Positions 58,501 through 64,000 of a DNA stretch of 64,000 nucleotides are shown here, piece after piece. The DNA is from Planctomycetota bacterium (GTDB taxonomy: Bacteria; Planctomycetota; UBA8108; SXIK01). The stretch is from NCBI GenBank assembly GCA_965223265.1, contig OZ244999.1:5504001-5568000 (forward strand), given 5' to 3'. The translations under genes were made by a program, and so were the position numbers. A model generated the notes under the pieces. It searched no databases. It had not been told where the DNA came from and saw only the letters and a program-made list of their open reading frames with translations. The first letter of the stretch is position 1, and every line of letters begins with the position of its first letter.

Positions 58501-59130
58501 GGAAGACGCGTAGCGTTGCTTGTGGACCGCGTTCTTCGGCGCCAGGAGATCGTCGTGAAGAGCTCGGGTGAGTTCCTCCGCCAACTGAGACACATTGGTG
58601 GCGGAACGATCGGGGGCGACGGCGGAGTCTATTTCATCGTGGACGTGCCAACCGTCATTGCACAGCCAGATGAAAGCGGCTCGAGCATCAACACCGATGA
58701 ACGCTCGTTCCAATCGGCGGAACCGACAAAGAAGCTAAAGCGACAGGGCCGATGGGTTCTTGTCGTCGATGACTCGATCTCGGTGCGAAAGGTCGCGAGC
58801 AAGCTCCTGGTTGCCGCTGGATTCAAGGTCGATCTGGCTGTCGACGGCTTGGACGCGCTCGAGTATTTGCGGCAAAACAAGTACGAAGCTGTATTGACAG
58901 ATCTTGAGATGCCACAGATGCACGGCTACGAACTCATCGCTGAGATTCGCCGCCTCAAAGAGACCCGTGACCTGCCGATCGTTGTCGTTACGTCTCGCAC
59001 CGGCCAGAAGCATGTGCAGAAGGCCCTTGATTTGGGAGCCAATGCATATCTCGGCAAGCCGTTCACGCAGAACGATCTGATCTCGAACATCGAGAAAGTG
59101 ATCCGGCAAGCGGCGATGACGACCGTGTAG
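55522..59130 (+). CDS. cheA: Hybrid CheA/ChpA-like kinase: 4 Hpt, dimerisation, HATPase, CheW, REC
   Basis: HALKG, HTLKG, HTIKG, HTIKG; LVRNAVSHGIE; DDGAG; SGRGVGMD; LPLTL; C-terminal VVDDS..TDLEMP..KP. Confidence 0.95.
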   Translation: MAQRDYQSEMAPYFIEDARQFLADARDALANVGQGADDKKLLEDSIRAVHALKGAAGLFKQNEIHLICSDLERLLEVGRSLVHVDTDGFSRLAEFAVESLALVEQLVDTIGNDTSGNADILEEFQASANANYGGFLESFGSGTSNGGTLELGDAVDPEILECFKEEAQDIFEGIHDCLDQLNGDPSDLESIRQLARLFHTLKGSSGLAGLQGVQALAKTVQDTLEQAADAGESLDEDQIARVTETADRIEEELWGGRAVGVSTPVSAAPLAAESVDEELVEVFLEEAGAYLEEIDAAIDSFIDEFSPAAVERLAKLFHTIKGSAGVVNLSEASSLAREANDFLESLVSDGSSGDADVCAFVAERVAGIKAAVGLSTTAVDVESEAAIDDEDEDLAFFVVDSRENLESFTRCVLAYEKSPSDDLVEEMFRAVHTIKGASTLVGLRDMVEAAGILEDFLERIVDGSLADVETVNLVDALFTGADTLTAILQRAVGEEYDHEQADRNLAAVVAELVEAVSRKQAVVLETAGPDLSAVDADDEIDDLLVVDPQAIAEVRPELPAASLDTPTPKKARRLAEAAEKTPADKERKDRQTIRIDSNRLNQVMNLVGELITSRTRLSSRVSGLGGIREELGARKDRLLELVNDFQIKYEFGQTLGRLGGMFGDDSESEFSELEFDRYDDFNILSRGLMEITSDVSEIMSQLDRLFREVAEEANNVSKVTSNMQYEITQLRMVPAATLFDRLRRPIRDAARKEGKQVELTCLGEETELDKAIIDDLFSPFLHLVRNAVSHGIESTDVRRSQSKVAAGTIALKAYQEGNNVVIEVHDDGAGIDLDAVKERGRDLGILHPTEEPTEEELLSLIFRSGFSTRSQVSDVSGRGVGMDAVADTINRLNGSISVQSLQGVGTKVVVRLPLTLAINQALIVSVCQQTFAIPLNYVEEAISIDLNDVETLSGAEVIRIRGTVVPLVRIGRRFGLQSPDGEKANTAVVVTMDGRRVALLVDRVLRRQEIVVKSSGEFLRQLRHIGGGTIGGDGGVYFIVDVPTVIAQPDESGSSINTDERSFQSAEPTKKLKRQGRWVLVVDDSISVRKVASKLLVAAGFKVDLAVDGLDALEYLRQNKYEAVLTDLEMPQMHGYELIAEIRRLKETRDLPIVVVTSRTGQKHVQKALDLGANAYLGKPFTQNDLISNIEKVIRQAAMTTV

Positions 59131-59143
59131 GGCGAACTGAAAA

Positions 59144-60241
59144 GTGATCGACGTGTTGGTAGTAGACGACTCACTGTACATGCAGAAACGCATCTGTGAG
59201 ATGTTGACTCGTGACGGTGACATTCGAGTCGTCGGCAAGGCGGTCGATGGCATTCAGGCCGTGGGAATGGCTCGTGACCTGCAGCCGGATGTCATCACGA
59301 TGGACCTCCGTATGCCACGCATGGGTGGCCTCGAGGCTACGCAGGAAATCATGGCCTCGAATCCGAAGCCCATCGTCATTTTCAGCTCATATTCGAAAAG
59401 GGACGGAGCCGACGGTGTTACCGCGTTGGATCTCGGCGCCATCGACATCGTTGAAAAGCCGAACGGCGCCGTCAGTCTCGAGCTGGGAGAAATCGGTGAG
59501 GAACTGGTCGAGAAGGTCCGAATCGCCGCACGCGTACGGGTGGTACGGAACGTCACGGCTGGCGAAAAGCCTACACTGTCAACACCTCCAGCTCCTCCCC
59601 GTCCACGTGCAGCGCCCCCGGTTAGACAGCCGAGCAGGCAATCGCCCGATCGGGGCGAAAGGCAGATCATCTGCTTCGCGAGCTCGACGGGCGGCCCGGG
59701 TGTGCTCGGCACGATCTTGGCCTCGCTGCCGCAGCGATTCCCTCTACCGATCGTGATCGCACAGCACATGCCAGGGCAATTCACGCGTTCATTCTCGGAA
59801 CAACTGGACCGTAAGTGTGCCCTGCGGGTGAAAGAAGCCGAAGAACGTGAAGCCCTCGTCCCGGGTGTCGTGTACGTCGCTCCGGGGTTTCGGCATCTAA
59901 ACGTTTCACCTGGAGGTCACGCTGAGATTCTGAGTCCTGACGCTGTGACGGGTCCGTCCCCATCGGCGAACACGCTCTTCGAAAGCGCAGTCGAATACTA
60001 CGGCGCTGGAGTCGTTGCGATAGTTCTTAGCGGCATGGGAGGAGATGGCGCTCGTGGTGTCAAATGCGTGTACGACGCGGGTGGCCAGACCGTGGCCCAA
60101 GAAGAGGCGAGCTGTGCAGTCTTCGGAATGCCGAAAGCTGCCATCGAAACGGGTTGCGTACGCAGGATTCTGTCAATCGAACAAATCATTTCTGAACTCC
60201 GACGCACTACGGTCTTTTGCGGCAATGGAGGCGCACTGTGA
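59144..60241 (+). CDS. cheB: Chemotaxis methylesterase CheB (REC + esterase)
   Basis: ASSTGGP, QHMP and GMGGDGA catalytic motifs; FGMPKAA. Confidence 0.94.
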   Translation: MIDVLVVDDSLYMQKRICEMLTRDGDIRVVGKAVDGIQAVGMARDLQPDVITMDLRMPRMGGLEATQEIMASNPKPIVIFSSYSKRDGADGVTALDLGAIDIVEKPNGAVSLELGEIGEELVEKVRIAARVRVVRNVTAGEKPTLSTPPAPPRPRAAPPVRQPSRQSPDRGERQIICFASSTGGPGVLGTILASLPQRFPLPIVIAQHMPGQFTRSFSEQLDRKCALRVKEAEEREALVPGVVYVAPGFRHLNVSPGGHAEILSPDAVTGPSPSANTLFESAVEYYGAGVVAIVLSGMGGDGARGVKCVYDAGGQTVAQEEASCAVFGMPKAAIETGCVRRILSIEQIISELRRTTVFCGNGGAL

Positions 60242-60813
60242 ATCTTGTCATCCGGAACAACGTCGAACGAAGTCGGAAATCGTCAACAGATGACGTCACC
60301 GAGTATCTGATTCTGGAGGCGAGTGACACGTTCTACGCACTTTCAATCTCCGAAGTGGAACATGTCTTCTCCGCGAAGCACTCTGGTATGGATCGAGTGC
60401 AATCCAACTACACTCCGCTGCTCGGTTTTCTCGCCTGGAACGGCGCCTCGACTCCGGTACTCGACCTGCAGACACATCTCGAAGCGTCCGCATCGCCGCA
60501 AGCTTCGACAAAGGTCGAGTCCATAAGAATCCAGACTGGCTCCATCATTCTGGCGACACACGGTGGGACGACGTGCGGACTATTGGTCGATCGCATCATG
60601 GACATAACTCGAGTCGCCTCGACCCAGCTGCAGCCCTATCCAAAGGGAAGCCTCGCTTGCCCCAGGCGGCTCTACCGCGCAACGCTAGTGATGGATCACG
60701 GCATCGCGGCAGTATTAAACCGGCCGGGCATACTGTCTCAATCGGTGCGAGATTTCCTCGGCACCGCAACGGCGGATTACGAATCTTCTGCTGTTTCTAA
60801 CAACGACGATTAG
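60238..60813 (+). CDS. CheW-like protein
   Basis: YALSISEVEHV...LLGFLAWNGASTPVLDL...GLLVDRIMDI; GTG overlaps the cheB stop. Confidence 0.75.
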   Translation: MNLVIRNNVERSRKSSTDDVTEYLILEASDTFYALSISEVEHVFSAKHSGMDRVQSNYTPLLGFLAWNGASTPVLDLQTHLEASASPQASTKVESIRIQTGSIILATHGGTTCGLLVDRIMDITRVASTQLQPYPKGSLACPRRLYRATLVMDHGIAAVLNRPGILSQSVRDFLGTATADYESSAVSNNDD

Positions 60814-60822
60814 GAGCGCACG

Positions 60823-61260
60823 ATGTCAATAGCTGTCGGAGAGAGCAGCACCCAACTCGCCGCGGGCACGCAGCTCGTGCTCGTGCGCACTGAAAGAGAC
60901 CGCTTCGCCGTTCCGGCTAGTGACGTCATTGAATACGTCCCTTGTGGTCCTCTTTTTTGTCCCCCCGCAATGCACACACATATCAAGGGCTTCGGAAAGC
61001 ACCGAGATCGTGCACTTCCGATCGTCGACCTCGACGCGTTAGGTGACGACCCTGCTCAAGGAGATCGCCACATGATTCGCTGGCTCATCGTTCAGCGGCG
61101 CGACGGCCCGATGATTCTCGGGGTTCGAGTCGTCATCGGACTCAGTGCCTTGGGCTCTTCGGGGGCGGACCGCGTTCCCGACCGCCCCACTGCGATCGAG
61201 ACGCGCTTTGTCGTGGACGATGAACCCTACTGGATTGTCGATTGCAACCTTCTCTTCTAG
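60823..61260 (+). CDS. Divergent CheW-like protein
   Basis: FAVPASDVIE...IKGFGKHRDRALPIVDL; SD AGGAG. Confidence 0.65.
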   Translation: MSIAVGESSTQLAAGTQLVLVRTERDRFAVPASDVIEYVPCGPLFCPPAMHTHIKGFGKHRDRALPIVDLDALGDDPAQGDRHMIRWLIVQRRDGPMILGVRVVIGLSALGSSGADRVPDRPTAIETRFVVDDEPYWIVDCNLLF

Positions 61261-61309
61261 CCAATCAACCGAAATTCATTGCCATAACTCTCACGAGAAA
61301 GGAACTACG

Positions 61310-61669
61310 ATGGCCAAGATTCTAATCGCCGATGATGTCGAGTCTGAGCGTAGGCTCGTTCAAAGTGTCCTCGAAGATGCGGGGCACAATGTGATCGCTG
61401 TTGAAGACGGCAAGCGAGCCCTGGAAGTGATCGACGACGTCGACCCAGACCTTGTCGTCCTCGACGTCGTCATGCCGGGAAAGAGCGGTTTCGATGTCTG
61501 CCGAGCGATTCGTAAGAGCGACGATTTCGGCAAGACTCCGGTGATTCTTCTCACCTCGAAGGATCAGGAAAGCGATAAGTTTTGGGGGGAGAAACAAGGC
61601 GCCAGCCAGTATCTCACCAAACCGTTCGAGCCGGCGGCGCTCGTCGCTGCGGTTGCTAGGTTTGCATAG
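61310..61669 (+). CDS. Second PilH-like single-domain response regulator
   Basis: MAKILIADD; VLDVVMPGKSGFDVCR; LTSKDQESDKFWGEKQGA..YLTKP. Confidence 0.92.
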   Translation: MAKILIADDVESERRLVQSVLEDAGHNVIAVEDGKRALEVIDDVDPDLVVLDVVMPGKSGFDVCRAIRKSDDFGKTPVILLTSKDQESDKFWGEKQGASQYLTKPFEPAALVAAVARFA

Positions 61670-61995
61670 AAGGCGAGATGAAACGAGCCTCGCCCGAAGG
61701 CATCCCCAACGCACCTCGGTCAAAGCTCTCGACCCGGAAAGAAGCTCGAGCTCCTTGCGCCAGATCGGCCAGGTCATCCAAGCGATCGAAGAATGTTCGA
61801 CACCGATGACCCAGTCGACCCAGGCGCAAGGCGCGCCGCTTTCACGTAAACGACTCGTCGAGTGAACGACGTGACAGACATCGACGCGAGGAGCATTCCT
61901 GCAGGCAGTTTGACCACGTGCTCCAGTGGAAAAAGATTGCTGGCCCAGCAATCACTGAATCCGATACCGCCGGGCCAGTCATGGAGGCATGAGTT

Positions 61996-63402
61996 GTGGA
62001 ACCGGCATCCAACGAAAGCATAGTTCTCGTAGTTGACGACAGTCCAACAGTGCGGAAATTCGTGCACAAGTGTCTGAAACCTCATGACTACCGGGTGAAC
62101 CTGGCGGCCAACGGCACGCAGGCGGTTGCCTCTGCACGCACCGAACATCCGAGCATCGCTCTAGTCGATCTGACGATGGGAGAAGAGTGTGGAATCGACG
62201 TCATCCGTCGCTTCGATGAAGAACTGGGACAGTGTGACTTCCCGATCGTGCTCATGTCGGGAAAAGGAGAAGCAGCGTGGGAGATCGGTAAGGGATCCAA
62301 AGGAGTTGTCGCCGCGATCTCGAAGCCTTTCGACAGTGCTTCACTGATCTCAATCATTGAGACGCAATTGCGTAGACGAACGCGGGAACGAGAAGAACGT
62401 GAACTGATTGAACAACTCAGTCACGACCTCATTCATGGCACTTCGTTCGATCCGGACGAAGAGACTCTTCGATCCGCCCACGTCGTCCGCGACGTCTCGG
62501 CGTTGCTTGCCGATCGTTTGAAGCAAACTCTTTCGGAATCGATCCGCGCATCGGCTCACCTCGGCCGTGAGCATTTCGTCCGCTCGGTGACGGACTCTCT
62601 ACTCAGCGCCGCATTTCTCGAGGCGTTTTCCATGCAGGTGGATGAGCTTTACCGACAAATCCAAGGTCAGTTCACTGCAACGGCGGACACTCTCAATTTC
62701 GCGGACGCACTGCAGTCGATTTGCAACAAAAACGTGACTGGCGTTCTGCGAGTCAGCGGCCGTGACGCGGAGGTAGAACTTCACGTTCAAGACCGATTGA
62801 TTCGTGTCGTGAACCCGACACGTGTGCCAGTTTCCGAAAATGAAACCGCCCTTTACTGCACCGGGGTCGAGATCCCCGCCAGCATTCTCGTGTGTGGAAC
62901 CAGCACAGCGCCGGCGGACACCACCGCGCTCCTCGAATGGACGCGCCAAAGCGGAGTCGACCCTGAGCAAGCCCCGAGGATCCTTCTTTCCATCGGCATT
63001 GACGTCTTACGGTCGTGCCTTGAGACACCTCAAGAATGTAGCTTTAAGTTCTTCCACCGCGGCCGGTTCTGGCAGGGCATCGACGTCCTCGATCTCCACC
63101 TGCCGGCGGAGCGGTTCTTGTTGAAGTTGTTTTCCAGAATCGATGAGTGGGCGGCCCTGGAGAACGCGCTGGCGAATGGCGATATGACCTTTCGCCGCCG
63201 CAGCGACCTCGCAAGCAATGACGAAGAGTTGTTGAGTCCGATGCAGCGTGAGTTACTTGCACAAGTCGACGAGTCTGAAAGCGTTGGAGACCTGTGCAGT
63301 CGCACGAAGCTGAGCGCCTTCGAGGTGTGTCACAACCTCCATACGCTCGAGCGGATGGGTCTAGTCGAATCGAACCGAGTCGTTTCATGTCTGCAACCGT
63401 AG
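61996..63402 (+). CDS. Response regulator REC + DUF4388 + winged helix (paralogue of 47914-49317)
   Basis: VVDDSPTVRKF; LVDL; MSGKGE; KPF; FADALQSICNKNVTGVL; RIDEW; AFEVCHNL. Confidence 0.85.
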   Translation: MEPASNESIVLVVDDSPTVRKFVHKCLKPHDYRVNLAANGTQAVASARTEHPSIALVDLTMGEECGIDVIRRFDEELGQCDFPIVLMSGKGEAAWEIGKGSKGVVAAISKPFDSASLISIIETQLRRRTREREERELIEQLSHDLIHGTSFDPDEETLRSAHVVRDVSALLADRLKQTLSESIRASAHLGREHFVRSVTDSLLSAAFLEAFSMQVDELYRQIQGQFTATADTLNFADALQSICNKNVTGVLRVSGRDAEVELHVQDRLIRVVNPTRVPVSENETALYCTGVEIPASILVCGTSTAPADTTALLEWTRQSGVDPEQAPRILLSIGIDVLRSCLETPQECSFKFFHRGRFWQGIDVLDLHLPAERFLLKLFSRIDEWAALENALANGDMTFRRRSDLASNDEELLSPMQRELLAQVDESESVGDLCSRTKLSAFEVCHNLHTLERMGLVESNRVVSCLQP

Positions 63403-64000
63403 TGATCATCGACGACAGTCTCACTGTTCGCAAAGTCGCCGAACGCCAGCTGAGAAGCGCAGGATTTGCCGTTATCGGAGCTGCGACCGGGCAGGAAGGC
63501 ATAGACGCAGCACGCCAGCATCGGCCAGACCTTTTGCTTCTGGACTTCATGTTGCCGGATATGAAGGGGACCGATGTTTGCGCCAGCCTCTCACGAAGCG
63601 ACGTGACGTCTGGCATCCCAATTATCGTGCTCTCAGGGCGCGACGCCGGCCAGCTTCGCAACGAATTCAGCTCAGTTGCGGCGGTCAAGGCGTGCATCGA
63701 AAAGCCCTTCGGTGCAGATCTAGCCGCACAAGTCCGAAGCGTCATTACCGGCATCCCGAAAACATCCCCGATGACGCACACCGGCGCGCAGGCACCGTCC
63801 GAGGTTGCCGCAGCGACGACCGCTTCTTCACCGATGCGTGAGGCCTCTGCCAGAGCTCGAGAGCGCCAAGCTTCCTTCTCGGTCGGGGCGCCGCGGAAGG
63901 CCTCTACGACTACGAACGATCAAGTCGGAAAGATCGTCGACGAGATTCTCTCGGTGCTCGACAGAAGTCCTGAGTCGCGCCGAGTCATGCTCCGAATCAT
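63387..64000 (+). CDS. REC-domain protein cut by window edge; missing from the ORF track
   Basis: Manual translation: MSATVVIIDDSLTVRKVAERQLRSAGFAV...PDLLLLDFMLPDMKGTDVC...IPIIVLSG...IEKPF, then an Ala/Ser/Thr-rich linker; open to the end of the window. Confidence 0.85.
   Translation, partial: MSATVVIIDDSLTVRKVAERQLRSAGFAVIGAATGQEGIDAARQHRPDLLLLDFMLPDMKGTDVCASLSRSDVTSGIPIIVLSGRDAGQLRNEFSSVAAVKACIEKPFGADLAAQVRSVITGIPKTSPMTHTGAQAPSEVAAATTASSPMREASARARERQASFSVGAPRKASTTTNDQVGKIVDEILSVLDRSPESRRVMLRI

Noticed and set aside
61670-61995. Small ORFs between the REC genes
   Set aside because: Short, with no motif or convincing start signal; left unannotated.
1-64000. tRNA or rRNA genes
   Set aside because: No cloverleaf with T-loop and acceptor stem, and no rRNA conserved blocks, were recognised by eye. 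A tRNAscan/Infernal run would be needed to exclude them fully.

Overview
High-GC bacterial DNA whose gene content points to a Planctomycetota-like organism (DUF1501, DUF1549/DUF1553 cytochrome c protein, lamin-tail/CotH/dockerin surface protein). All family calls were made by eye from sequence motifs; no searches were run. From left to right: (1) a minus-strand operon of six exported or envelope proteins, three carrying CsgG/FlgO-like domains, ending in a CxxC thioredoxin-fold lipoprotein cut by the window edge; (2) a divergent ~1670-aa lamin-tail/CotH/dockerin surface protein; (3) two ybjQ-family genes separated by an apparently intact 4,065-bp transposon (13823-17887) with TG...CA inverted ends, repeated end motifs, a perfect 6-bp target duplication (AATAAG) and five genes (Zn-ribbon/HTH protein, Mu/TnsB-like DDE transposase, TnsC/ExeA-like ATPase, 97-aa orphan, stand-alone primase-type Zn finger); (4) a REP-associated tyrosine (HUH) transposase followed by a mosaic G-rich repeat array; (5) a complete Tad/Flp pilus locus with a divergent tadG plus an extra AAA ATPase, followed by three candidate membrane modification enzymes, the whole block lying between a DUF1553 gene and a DUF1501 gene that are usually adjacent; (6) a Pil-Chp-like chemosensory cluster (MCP, 4-Hpt CheA-REC, CheB, three CheW-like proteins, several REC proteins) flanked by DUF4388/PatA-like and MshEN-motif proteins, with a divergent cyclophilin inside the operon. 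No rRNA, tRNA or CRISPR array was seen. The strongest novelty candidates are the five-gene transposon, the RAYT-linked repeat array, and the accessory genes of the Tad and chemosensory modules.
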